The notes under the pieces were generated by a model, which was not told where the DNA came from, did no database searches, and saw only the letters and a program-made list of their open reading frames with translations. The position numbers were made by a program, and so were the translations under genes. Below, piece by piece: positions 14,737 through 23,321 of a stretch of 36,151 nt of DNA; the first letter of the stretch is position 1, and the number at the start of each line of letters is the position of its first letter. Origin of the DNA: a virus; the IMG/VR virus record IMGVR_UViG_3300013131_000009, positions 1 through 36,151 of that record; one strand, given 5' to 3'.

Positions 14737-14813
14737 GGATTCCATTTTTGCGGAAACCACGGTATAGTTAAACTATACTGGTCGTATTACATGGTAAAGT
14801 GACCAATCATTAA

Positions 14814-14838
14814 AGCTCACAGAAATGTGGGCTTTTTT
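14814..14838 (+). terminator. Intrinsic terminator A (GAAA tetraloop)
   Basis: AGCTCACA-GAAA-TGTGGGCT is an 8-bp stem with one G.U pair, followed by a T run that starts at the last stem base (TTTTTT, 14833..14838). Confidence 0.65.
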
Positions 14839-14865
14839 AATGCCTGAAATATTCAAGAGATCAGC

Positions 14866-14970
14866 ATGTTTAAATTCTTAAAACAATTGTTCTGTACTCA
14901 CGAATATGAGTACGAATCAGATATTTTCATTCAAGTTGAATGCCGTAAGTGTGGCAAATTGAAAAAGTAA
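14866..14970 (+). CDS. 34-aa Cys-rich mini-ORF (zinc-ribbon-like CxH...CxxC)
   Basis: The product is MFKFLKQLFCTHEYEYESDIFIQVECRKCGKLKK. It lies between the two terminator modules and has no clear SD. Confidence 0.35.
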   Translation: MFKFLKQLFCTHEYEYESDIFIQVECRKCGKLKK

Positions 14971-15014
14971 CCCTGTCACCACGGTGACTTCGCCGAACGT
15001 ATTACGGCACATAA

Positions 15015-15049
15015 AGCCCTCACAGAAATGCTGAGGGTTTTGTTTTTTA
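15015..15049 (+). terminator. Intrinsic terminator B
   Basis: AGCCCTCA-CAGAAATGC-TGAGGGTT is followed by a TG-interrupted T run, TTGTTTTTT (the first TT of the TTTT after TGAGGG belong to the stem). The loop and flank are paralogous to terminator A. Confidence 0.65.
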
Positions 15050-15060
15050 TTGGTGATTGC

Positions 15061-15243
15061 ATGGATTTAGTCGAAGCTAAAAAGAATCTTGAATCATTGC
15101 ATCAAGACAAAGAAAAATTGGAAAGTCTCAATCATCTCAATTCAACGTTTCAGTTTAAACAAGCATGTCGTCAACGCATTAACGACATAGACAGGCAGAT
15201 CAGCAATATTCAACACAGTATCAAACGCTATGCGAGACCGTAA
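15061..15243 (+). CDS. Hypothetical coiled-coil protein
   Basis: Start set at ATG 15061, after terminator B. The track start (15028) lies inside the hairpin. Confidence 0.5.
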   Translation: MDLVEAKKNLESLHQDKEKLESLNHLNSTFQFKQACRQRINDIDRQISNIQHSIKRYARP

Positions 15244-15505
15244 ACGACTGGCTGAGATTAGAAAGCTACCTTGTGTGGTATGTGGTAGATCACCAGTGGA
15301 CGCTGCCCATAGTAATCAATCAGCACATAACAAAGGGTTAGGCATTAAGGCAAGTGATGAGTTCACAATTCCATTATGTCGCAATCATCACGTGGAATAC
15401 GACCAATTTCAAAAGATGAATAGATCAGAGTCGGTTGAATGGTTCGTCAGGATGCTAGAAAAGACTGAACGGATGTTGAATATTAAGGGTGATGAGGTGT
15501 TTTGA
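15230..15505 (+). CDS. HNH-type nuclease, Ref/DUF968-like
   Basis: LPCVVCG...DAAH...GLGIKASD...IPLCRNHH is the Cys/His pattern of small prophage HNH (Ref-family) proteins. Confidence 0.5.
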   Translation: MRDRKRLAEIRKLPCVVCGRSPVDAAHSNQSAHNKGLGIKASDEFTIPLCRNHHVEYDQFQKMNRSESVEWFVRMLEKTERMLNIKGDEVF

Positions 15506-15521
15506 TGAATGCGAGGTCGAA

Positions 15522-15647
15522 ATGACAATTCAAGAAAATATACAGCAGAAACGTATCAGAGAAGATGCTAAAGAATCAGCCAAAAGAGCAGCAGCTCAGA
15601 TCCATGAAGTCCTGAAAAAACGTTATCCAAATGCAGTGAAAAAATAG
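15522..15647 (+). CDS. 41-aa hypothetical protein (below the track's reporting length)
   Basis: GAGG + 5 nt + ATG. The product is MTIQENIQQKRIREDAKESAKRAAAQIHEVLKKRYPNAVKK. Confidence 0.4.
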   Translation: MTIQENIQQKRIREDAKESAKRAAAQIHEVLKKRYPNAVKK

Positions 15648-15663
15648 TTAATTAGAGGTGAGC

Positions 15664-16149
15664 ATGAAAACAGCAGTGTTCACAATCAAAGATCACTCTG
15701 ACATTACTAAAACAATGTCTTATCTGCACACAAACTACACTCAAGCTAATTTTGAGAATAAGCCGCTTGTTGTTGAGATTAAGCCTGAAGCAAAAGACAG
15801 ATCGAAAGCTCAAAATCGTTTGTATTGGAAATGGCTTCATGAGATTCATAGAAAGACAGGCAATGACGAAGATCAATTACATTATGAATTTAAGAAGAAG
15901 TTTCTAATCGGCATATTAAAGCGTGACGATGATGAATATGCAGCAATGTGCTTAGCTATCAAAACGCTCAAACAAAGCGAATCTGAGCAATATGAAGCGA
16001 TAGCAAACGGTGTTATTCGTGAGACTTCTACAACTCGAATCGATACAAAGCAATTCACTGAGTATCTAAATCTAATTGAAGCATTTGCGCTCAAAACGTT
16101 TGGCATGGTTTTACCAGTGCCTGAAGATTTGAAATATGCGTTGGAGTAA
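15664..16149 (+). CDS. ninB: NinB/Orf-family recombination mediator
   Basis: KPLVVEIKPEAKDRSKAQNRLYWKWL and STTRIDTKQFTEYLNLIEAFA align by eye with lambda NinB (KPIVVTIQERNRSLDQNRKLW; STSRMRVGEFAELLELIQAFG). Confidence 0.65.
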   Translation: MKTAVFTIKDHSDITKTMSYLHTNYTQANFENKPLVVEIKPEAKDRSKAQNRLYWKWLHEIHRKTGNDEDQLHYEFKKKFLIGILKRDDDEYAAMCLAIKTLKQSESEQYEAIANGVIRETSTTRIDTKQFTEYLNLIEAFALKTFGMVLPVPEDLKYALE

Positions 16150-16153
16150 AGAT

Positions 16154-16684
16154 ATGGCGAACCTAACGCCTAAACAGCAAAGGTTTGTCGAAGAATATCT
16201 GATAGACCTAAATGCTACGCAAGCGTATATCAGAGCAGGGTTTTCAGCGAAATTAGCTAATACCAATGCGGTCAAACTACTACAAAATACTACAATCGCA
16301 AAAGCTATTGCGGACGCTCAAGCAAAGCGAGAAGAACGCACCCAAATTGATTCTGATTATGTGCTAAAGCGCCTAGTCGAAATTGACCAGATGGACGTCT
16401 TAGACATCATGGATGATGACGGCAATGTTAAACCGTTGCGCGATTGGCCTAAGATTTGGCGTCAATACATATCAAATATCGAAACAATCAGCATGGATGA
16501 TGGTGAAGGTTGGCTTAAAAAGATCAAATGGCCCGATAAGGTTAAGAATCTTGAGTTGCTTGGTAAGCATGTTTCGATTGGTGCGTTTAAAGACAAGATT
16601 GAGCACACAGGCCCTAATGGTGATGCAATTGATTTAAGTTTAAAGGTGGTATTCGAAAATGATGGAGAAGCGAGTACCAAGTAA
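16154..16684 (+). CDS. terS: Terminase small subunit (Terminase_2-type)
   Basis: LTPKQQRFVEEYLIDLNATQAYIRAGFS is the family-defining N-terminus. It lies immediately upstream of TerL. Confidence 0.85.
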   Translation: MANLTPKQQRFVEEYLIDLNATQAYIRAGFSAKLANTNAVKLLQNTTIAKAIADAQAKREERTQIDSDYVLKRLVEIDQMDVLDIMDDDGNVKPLRDWPKIWRQYISNIETISMDDGEGWLKKIKWPDKVKNLELLGKHVSIGAFKDKIEHTGPNGDAIDLSLKVVFENDGEASTK

Positions 16685-17945
16685 GTTCAAGCCTTTATAC
16701 ACACATATACAAAACAACAAACTGTTCTATGTGTATCACGGTGGTCGTGGTGGTGGTAAGTCTTGGGAAATTGCAGACTTTCTACTCATTGAGGGTGCAA
16801 AACAAAAGCATCGTATTCTTTGCTGTCGTGAAGTGCAAAAGTCAATTAAACAGTCTGTGCATAAGTTATTGTCAGATCGAATTGTTGCACTAGGTTTGGG
16901 TCATTTCTATCAAATCTTAGATACAGAGATTCGCGGCATTAACGGCACTGAGTTTAGCTTTGCAGGCTTGCTAAATCATACAGTTGAATCGGTTAAGTCA
17001 TTTGAGGGTGCGACAATCACATGGATTGAGGAAGCGCAAACAGTGAGTGCTTTCTCATTGTCTATATTGATTCCTACGGTTGTTCGTACCCATAAGCCAA
17101 TGGTTATCATGTCAATGAACCCAAAGCTGCCAAGTGACGCTGTTTATTCGCAATATGTGCTTGGTGATCGTGACGACACTGTGGTTGTACAGATTAATTA
17201 CACAGACAACAAAGAATGCCCAGATGAACTGATTGCATTGGCTGAACAAATGAAAGCCGATGATTACGATCAATACGAACATATTTGGCTTGGTAGACCT
17301 AAAGAAATTGCAGATGGCGCAATCTACAAAGCTGAGTTTGAACAGATCAAACGTGAAAACCGTATCTGTAAAATTCCGCACGATCCAAATTTACAGGTCT
17401 ACACCTCTTGGGATTTAGGGATTCTAGACTCTACTGCGATTTGGTTCTTTCAGGTCTACGGTAAAGAGGTTCGTGTCATTGATTACTATGAAGCGAACAA
17501 TGAGCCGTTGGCCCATTACGCACGTATTCTTGACGAGAAATCACAGCAACATGGCTACAACTACGACAAACACTTTGCACCACATGATATTGCAGCGCGT
17601 GACCTGTCTAGTGGTGTAAGTCGTGAGCAAACGATGGCTAATCTTGGCTATCGCATGACTAAAGGTGCTCGTTTGGGTGTTGAAGATCGAATCGAAGCAG
17701 CGCGGCAAATGCTGAAAAACTGCTGGTTTGATGCTGATAAGTGTTCGGCAGGTATCAAGGCATTGCAGAACTACAGGCGTGACTACAACGACAAACTGGA
17801 TCAATTTAAGGCTACTCCTGTGCATGACTGGGCTTCACATGGCTCTGATGCATTTGGTGAGGGTGCTCTCAATATCAACAAGATGCATGAAACAGCCAAA
17901 CCTAAACCGATCCCACAGCTTAAACGCAGTGGATGGATGAGCTAA
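16659..17945 (+). CDS. terL: Terminase large subunit (PBSX/Terminase_3-like)
   Basis: Walker A is HGGRGGGKSW. 428 aa, with C-terminal nuclease-domain acidic residues (WDLG, HDW..HG.DA). Confidence 0.85.
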   Translation: MMEKRVPSKFKPLYTHIQNNKLFYVYHGGRGGGKSWEIADFLLIEGAKQKHRILCCREVQKSIKQSVHKLLSDRIVALGLGHFYQILDTEIRGINGTEFSFAGLLNHTVESVKSFEGATITWIEEAQTVSAFSLSILIPTVVRTHKPMVIMSMNPKLPSDAVYSQYVLGDRDDTVVVQINYTDNKECPDELIALAEQMKADDYDQYEHIWLGRPKEIADGAIYKAEFEQIKRENRICKIPHDPNLQVYTSWDLGILDSTAIWFFQVYGKEVRVIDYYEANNEPLAHYARILDEKSQQHGYNYDKHFAPHDIAARDLSSGVSREQTMANLGYRMTKGARLGVEDRIEAARQMLKNCWFDADKCSAGIKALQNYRRDYNDKLDQFKATPVHDWASHGSDAFGEGALNINKMHETAKPKPIPQLKRSGWMS

Positions 17946-20206
17946 TGGACAAGAAGCAAGACAAAAAACAGGATCAGATTCTCGATGAGATTCGCCAAAA
18001 CCTGAAAACTGCCGAAGAATACTGGCAGGACAATTACGAACGTGGTGTTGAAGATAAAGAGTTTGTCACGGTTGAAGGTGCTCAGTGGGAAAAAGGTGCG
18101 GTTGCCAAACGCCGAGCAGATGGCAAGCCAAGTCTTGAGTTCAATCTTTCCCGTGCTTACTGCCGTCAGCAGATCAATACACAGCGTCAAAACCGACCAC
18201 AGGCGAAAGTCATTCCAGTGGACAATGGTGCCGATCCTGAGATTGCTCAATTGATTGAAGGTTTGATTAAAGATACCGAAGAAGGTTCGGATGCTGAGTC
18301 GGCTTACGACACCGCAGCAGAGAACGCGGTGTATGGTGGTATTGGTTTTTTCCGTATCATCACGGATTACGTGAATGAGCTGTCATTTAACCAAGAGCCT
18401 CGCTTTATGCCTGTGCATAATCCGCATGCAGTTTATATCGATCCGCTAAGCCGTGCGCTTGATGGCTCGGATATGAATTGGGCAATTGTGGGTGAGTGGG
18501 TCAAGAAATCAGACATTGAGAAGCAGTACGGCAAAGATGCTTTGGTTGATGTGGATTTTGAAGAATACTCTAGTTGGTGCAATGAAGTGGACGACACCAT
18601 CCGCATTGCTGAATATTTCAAGAAAACCCAAGTGCAAGACAAGCTTTGGATGCTGGAAGATGGCACATCGGGCTACAAGTCAGAACTGCTTGAGAAGTAC
18701 GGCTACACCGAAGAAGAAGCTTTGGCTAGTGGTTTTATTGTCAATGAGCGTGATACCACACGAACCGAAATTAAATGGTTCAAGGTGTCAGGCTCTAAAG
18801 TCTTAGAAGAAACCATTTTTCCCGGACAATATATTCCAATCGTTCCGGTTTATGGTGAAGTGACATTTGTAGAAGAAGAGCGTCATATCTTCTCGCTTGT
18901 TCACTTTGCCAAAGACCCGCAGCGCCTTTACAACTACTGGAAGTCTACCGAAGCGCATATCTTGCAGAAAAACCAAGATGATGTGCTGGTTGTGGATGCA
19001 AAAGGCATTACTGGTTTTGAGGACCAATGGCGGAATCCGGGCAGTTATGCAGCAGTTATGTATAACTATACGGACGAAAACGGTGGGCAGAACGGCTTGC
19101 CTCAGCGTATTGGTGCAGCGCAACCGCCAGTTGGTATTTTAAACGCAGCAGAATCAGCCAAAGCAGCGATTACAGACATTCTAAACATGCACGCCCCTAT
19201 GATGGGTGGGCAAGGTAATGAAACGTCTGGTGTCGCAATTGGTATGCGTCAGCGTCAGTCTGAAACCGCGCAATTCCATTTGCAAGACAACCTGAATAAG
19301 TCAATCCGACATGGTGCTCGCATCCTGCTTGGTCTGTTTCAAGCGCTCTACACAGTGCCGATGGTTCGCCGAATCATTGGTTCTGATGGTGAAGCGAAGA
19401 TGATTGAGCTCATGCAGCAGAACGGTGAGGGTTATTTTGCCGATGTCACGATTGGTCGTTATGACGTTCGCATGGACACTGGCCCATCATTCAATACCCA
19501 GCGTGAACAAAACTTTGCGCTAATGATGCAGTTACTCAGCATGAATCCGCAGTTATTTAGCCTGATTGGTGACATTCTGTTGCAGAACTCGCCATTGTTG
19601 AATGCTAAAGAGATTGCAGAGCGCATTAAATCAACAATGCCTCCTCAAGTATTGGGCAAGGGCGATCAGATTGATCCTGAACAAGCTAAAGCGCAGATTA
19701 TGCAACTTGATCAACTTGTGCAGAAGATGACAGCCGACCTTGAACAATTGCAAAAGCAGTTGGATGACAAGGAAGCAGACCGTCAGATTGAGCTGGTCAA
19801 AGCGCAACTTCAAGCCGAAAAAGATATTCAGGTCGCACAGATCAATAATTCAGGTCGTGCTGATGTTGAGGAATTACGTGGCATTGTCGAGTTAATGAAA
19901 CAACAGATTGACTTGCGCAATGCGCCACAAGACTGGCTTGAACAAGGTGAAGATGTAGATGCTTATGCACCATCTGAAGCTTACGATCCAGACGATGAAG
20001 AATACTCGCAACCCGAATGGTCTGAGCCGCCACCGGATATTGCGCCAACAGACATGGAAAGCCCTGCCACTGAGCAGGGTTTTTTAATGCCTGAAGAAAC
20101 GGTTCAGCCTAATCTCGCTCTCAATCCTGATCAGATTGAGGACAGCGCATTGATCAACACTGGTGGCGATTTGCTGCCAAACATGGAGCAGAACAATGAC
20201 GTTTGA
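17945..20206 (+). CDS. Portal protein with long C-terminal coiled-coil and acidic extension
   Basis: About 753 aa, directly after TerL (TAATG overlap; alternative ATG at 17933). The C-terminal helical segment QIMQLDQLVQKMTADLEQLQKQLDDKEADRQIELVKAQLQAEKD resembles a P22-type portal barrel. Confidence 0.8.
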   Translation: MDKKQDKKQDQILDEIRQNLKTAEEYWQDNYERGVEDKEFVTVEGAQWEKGAVAKRRADGKPSLEFNLSRAYCRQQINTQRQNRPQAKVIPVDNGADPEIAQLIEGLIKDTEEGSDAESAYDTAAENAVYGGIGFFRIITDYVNELSFNQEPRFMPVHNPHAVYIDPLSRALDGSDMNWAIVGEWVKKSDIEKQYGKDALVDVDFEEYSSWCNEVDDTIRIAEYFKKTQVQDKLWMLEDGTSGYKSELLEKYGYTEEEALASGFIVNERDTTRTEIKWFKVSGSKVLEETIFPGQYIPIVPVYGEVTFVEEERHIFSLVHFAKDPQRLYNYWKSTEAHILQKNQDDVLVVDAKGITGFEDQWRNPGSYAAVMYNYTDENGGQNGLPQRIGAAQPPVGILNAAESAKAAITDILNMHAPMMGGQGNETSGVAIGMRQRQSETAQFHLQDNLNKSIRHGARILLGLFQALYTVPMVRRIIGSDGEAKMIELMQQNGEGYFADVTIGRYDVRMDTGPSFNTQREQNFALMMQLLSMNPQLFSLIGDILLQNSPLLNAKEIAERIKSTMPPQVLGKGDQIDPEQAKAQIMQLDQLVQKMTADLEQLQKQLDDKEADRQIELVKAQLQAEKDIQVAQINNSGRADVEELRGIVELMKQQIDLRNAPQDWLEQGEDVDAYAPSEAYDPDDEEYSQPEWSEPPPDIAPTDMESPATEQGFLMPEETVQPNLALNPDQIEDSALINTGGDLLPNMEQNNDV

Positions 20207-21008
20207 AAGTGACGACATCGTAGACACAGGCGCTACGGAAAACACAGCCGCAGAAGTCGAAACGCAAACCGAAGAATGGCAGCCTGAGCAGCCGAATGAT
20301 GGTGAAGAAACCGAAGCTGAGCAATCAGATGAGGAAAAAGCCAAGCAGGAGGATGAACAGGAGAGCAAGAAAAAGAATCGGGCACAGGAGCGCATCCAGC
20401 AGTTAGCTCGTGAACGTGCCGAGTTGAAGCGTGAACTTGATGAGTACAAGGCTAAGCTTGAGGCACCCAAAGCAGCAAGCGAAGCACCACGAATCGAGGA
20501 TTTTGAGGATTACAGCGAATACCTGCAAGCCCAACAAGATTTCTTTGTGAAGCAGGCAGAGGATCGTGTTCTTCAAAAACTCAAAGCCGAACAAGAACAG
20601 AAAGAACAAGTTGAGCGTCAAGTTCAATTTGAAACTGCTGTGAATGAACTACGTGATGAGGGGGTTGATGTTGAATCATTGGTGAAAAAGGCTTATGAAT
20701 TGCCGCCACTGCCAATCACGCTCGATCAGTTTGGTTTAAGTCCAAAAGAAACGCTTTCTCTTGCTGCTGATCTCATTCAAAACGATGAGCTGTATATCGA
20801 ATTGTCACAGATGAATCCACTCCAAGCAGCAATGCGCATTGGTCAGATCATCGGGGCAAAACAGCCATCCAAAGCTGCTCCAAAAGTACCAAACACACCA
20901 AAACCAATCAAACCAACGTCAGCCAATGCTCCAGTAGCTCGCAATCCTGCGGCCATGAGTGATGACGAATGGTATCGACAAGAATTGAAATCTCGAAAAG
21001 GTAAATGA
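20196..21008 (+). CDS. Scaffolding protein
   Basis: Highly acidic and helical, low-complexity (EEKAKQEDEQESKKKNRAQERIQQLARERAELKRELDEYK). It lies between portal and coat. Start at ATG 20196, 7 nt after GGAG. Confidence 0.7.
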   Translation: MTFESDDIVDTGATENTAAEVETQTEEWQPEQPNDGEETEAEQSDEEKAKQEDEQESKKKNRAQERIQQLARERAELKRELDEYKAKLEAPKAASEAPRIEDFEDYSEYLQAQQDFFVKQAEDRVLQKLKAEQEQKEQVERQVQFETAVNELRDEGVDVESLVKKAYELPPLPITLDQFGLSPKETLSLAADLIQNDELYIELSQMNPLQAAMRIGQIIGAKQPSKAAPKVPNTPKPIKPTSANAPVARNPAAMSDDEWYRQELKSRKGK

Positions 21009-22213
21009 TTATGGCTAACCAAGTTTTAACCCATCAAATGATTGCGCGTGAAGCTGCAAAGATGCTCGAAGAGCTTGCACCATTCACAGCAAATATCAAC
21101 AAAGGTCGCCAAGATGAATTTGGCACTGATGTGTCAGGCTTCAAAAAAGGCGACACTGTAAAGATTAAAATCCCGACTGCGGGCAAAGTATTTGATGGTG
21201 CTCAGTTTGCTGGAGGTGGCTCTGCTGCTGATCTGATCGAGCAGTCAGTCAACTTGACGCTAGACACACAAAAGCACATCGCTTTGCAGTTTGGCGCTAA
21301 AGAGAAGATGCTCAATATCACTGACTTCAAAGAGCGCATCTTGATGCCACAAATGCGTACCCTTGCATCTGTGGTTGAAGCTGACTTGATCTCTAAAGGC
21401 GTGCTCGGTGTTCCAAACATGCTGTCAATGAACACAGCAGGCACCAATCCATCTAACGCATTGGCTTTAGCTCGTGCCAAGATGAATCAGTATTTAGCTC
21501 CTGCTGGCGACCGTTCAACCTTGATTACTAGCACTGCAAACGTGGCATTATCTGGTGAAATCTCTCGCCTGTATAACCCAACCCAAGCATCAGGCAAGGC
21601 GTATCTTGATGGCTATGTAGCAACCGCATTTGGTCAGGATTTATTTGAGCATCAATCTATTCCGACACACACCAAAGGTACTGCTGCAACGATTACCGTA
21701 AGTGCAGCCAACCAGACTGGTAGCTCAATCACCATGACTGCTGGTACAGGCGGCACGTTGGTGAAAGGTGATGTGATAACGATTGCTGGCGTAAATGCAG
21801 TGCATCCATTAACAGGCCAAGACACAGGCGCTCTACAGCAGTTCGTTGTGACTGAAACTGTGACTGTGAGCACTGGTACGGCTGTGAAGATTTACCCAGA
21901 AATCAACCCAACTGCACCAAACAAAACTGTAACCGCATCTCCTGCGTCTGGTGCTGTGGTAACACTTGCATCGATCAATGGTGTGCAAAACCTTGCGTTC
22001 CACAAAGACGCATTTACCGCAGCATTTGCACCGCTTCCAGTGATTGCATCATGTGAGGGCTACACAGCTCGCTTGCCGTCTGGTATCTCGGTTCGTGTTA
22101 TGACCTTCGGTGATGGTAACAACGACCTTGAGCGTACTCGTATCGATGTTCTATACGGCTTCCAAGTGGTTCGTGGTCTGCATGCGGTTCGTATTCCACA
22201 AGTGACTTCTTGA
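21005..22213 (+). CDS. Major capsid protein (P22-coat-like family)
   Basis: 402 aa. The N-terminus LTHQMIAREAAKMLEE...FGTDVSGFKKGDTVKIKIP fits the P22_CoatProtein-type pattern. It follows the scaffold gene and precedes a strong terminator. Confidence 0.8.
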   Translation: MIMANQVLTHQMIAREAAKMLEELAPFTANINKGRQDEFGTDVSGFKKGDTVKIKIPTAGKVFDGAQFAGGGSAADLIEQSVNLTLDTQKHIALQFGAKEKMLNITDFKERILMPQMRTLASVVEADLISKGVLGVPNMLSMNTAGTNPSNALALARAKMNQYLAPAGDRSTLITSTANVALSGEISRLYNPTQASGKAYLDGYVATAFGQDLFEHQSIPTHTKGTAATITVSAANQTGSSITMTAGTGGTLVKGDVITIAGVNAVHPLTGQDTGALQQFVVTETVTVSTGTAVKIYPEINPTAPNKTVTASPASGAVVTLASINGVQNLAFHKDAFTAAFAPLPVIASCEGYTARLPSGISVRVMTFGDGNNDLERTRIDVLYGFQVVRGLHAVRIPQVTS

Positions 22214-22221
22214 TAATTATT

Positions 22222-22260
22222 GACGACAAATGCCCGCTATATGCGGGCGTCGTCATTTTT
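22222..22260 (+). terminator. Rho-independent terminator after the capsid gene
   Basis: GACGAC...GCCCGC-TATAT-GCGGGC-GTCGTC is followed by ATTTTT. Confidence 0.8.
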
Positions 22261-22272
22261 GGAGATTAGAAA

Positions 22273-22692
22273 ATGAATTACCCAAAAATGCTCTATTCAG
22301 GCGACAAAGAAAGCTATTCAAGTCGAATTGTGCATGATGAAGAAGATGAAGCGAAATTCCGTGATATTGGCTTAGTTGATTTTGTTGACTTACCTGAACC
22401 ACAGCCCGAAGAAACAGGAACGCCAATCGAATTATCGGGAATCTCAGAAGAAGATTACAACAAGGTAGTGCAAGAGCGAGATGCTGCTTTAGCAATCCTA
22501 AATAGTGTCTCGGCTATGAAAGAACGTATTGCAGAAATACAGGGCGATACAACACCAGTTGGAACGGTTCGTTATGCGGTTGATTATAACTCAATGACTT
22601 CTGAAGAATTGCGCGACCTGCTCGAAGAAAAAGGCATTGAGTTTAAGGCGCGGGACAGCAAAGCAACTCTAATCAAATTACTGAGTGAGTAA
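22273..22692 (+). CDS. Hypothetical acidic protein with C-terminal HeH/SAP-like motif
   Basis: AGATTAGAAA ATG. The C-terminus is SEELRDLLEEKGIEFKARDSKATLIKLL. Confidence 0.6.
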   Translation: MNYPKMLYSGDKESYSSRIVHDEEDEAKFRDIGLVDFVDLPEPQPEETGTPIELSGISEEDYNKVVQERDAALAILNSVSAMKERIAEIQGDTTPVGTVRYAVDYNSMTSEELRDLLEEKGIEFKARDSKATLIKLLSE

Positions 22693-22694
22693 AA

Positions 22695-23321
22695 ATGAAC
22701 GTCAACAATATCGTACAAATGTCGCTCAAGCAGCTTGGTGTACTTGCAGCGGGTGAAAATGCAGAGGCTGGCGAAGTTGTTGATGCAATTTACTCTCTGC
22801 AAAGTATTTTGGCGCAGTGGGCTACAATGCGGCTATATGTGCACAAGGCGCAGGAAATCACGCTAAGCCTAGCTGGCACAGCAACCATTTCCCCGGATAC
22901 TTTAGATAATCCAACACTGGTCGCATCCATTCAGCACGTTTCCGATACAGTAACACTAGATGGTGAGCCAATTCGATTGGTTCGTGATAACAATACAACC
23001 GCAACCGATCCGACAATCACTTACTCGGTATCTGGCAATATCTGGACATTTAACGGCACGGGTGAATTAAAGTTCAAGGCTTTCTCTTTGCCATACGCAT
23101 TAGAGCCTGGTGATGAATTGGTGCTCCCACCACAGTATGAGCGAGCCTTGTTTTTAACGCTGGCGGTTGAGCTTGCGCCAATGTTTGGGCTTGAGCCTAC
23201 GCAAATGCTTTTGCTGAACCAGCGCAATGCTATCGAAGTCTTGAAGCGTAGCAATATCACGCCACTGTATGTGAAAAACGACTTGGATATTGGGGTGGGT
23301 GGATACGATGAATGTTATTGA
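22695..23321 (+). CDS. Head-tail adaptor, P22 gp4-like
   Basis: LKQLGVLAAGENAEAGEVVDAIYSLQSILAQW parallels the P22 gp4 N-terminus (LRKLGV...DAVDDLEAMMAEW). The position after coat supports the call. Confidence 0.5.
   Translation: MNVNNIVQMSLKQLGVLAAGENAEAGEVVDAIYSLQSILAQWATMRLYVHKAQEITLSLAGTATISPDTLDNPTLVASIQHVSDTVTLDGEPIRLVRDNNTTATDPTITYSVSGNIWTFNGTGELKFKAFSLPYALEPGDELVLPPQYERALFLTLAVELAPMFGLEPTQMLLLNQRNAIEVLKRSNITPLYVKNDLDIGVGGYDECY

Noticed and set aside
14737-15060. Possible tRNA or other classical RNA gene in the long non-coding gap
   Set aside because: I could not fold a cloverleaf with acceptor, D, anticodon and T arms. The structures present are simple hairpins with T-runs (terminator-type modules).
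20084-20470. 128-aa minus-strand ORF across the portal/scaffold junction
   Set aside because: It is antisense to GA-rich acidic coding sequence, which gives a Ser/Cys-rich shadow frame. It has no start context.
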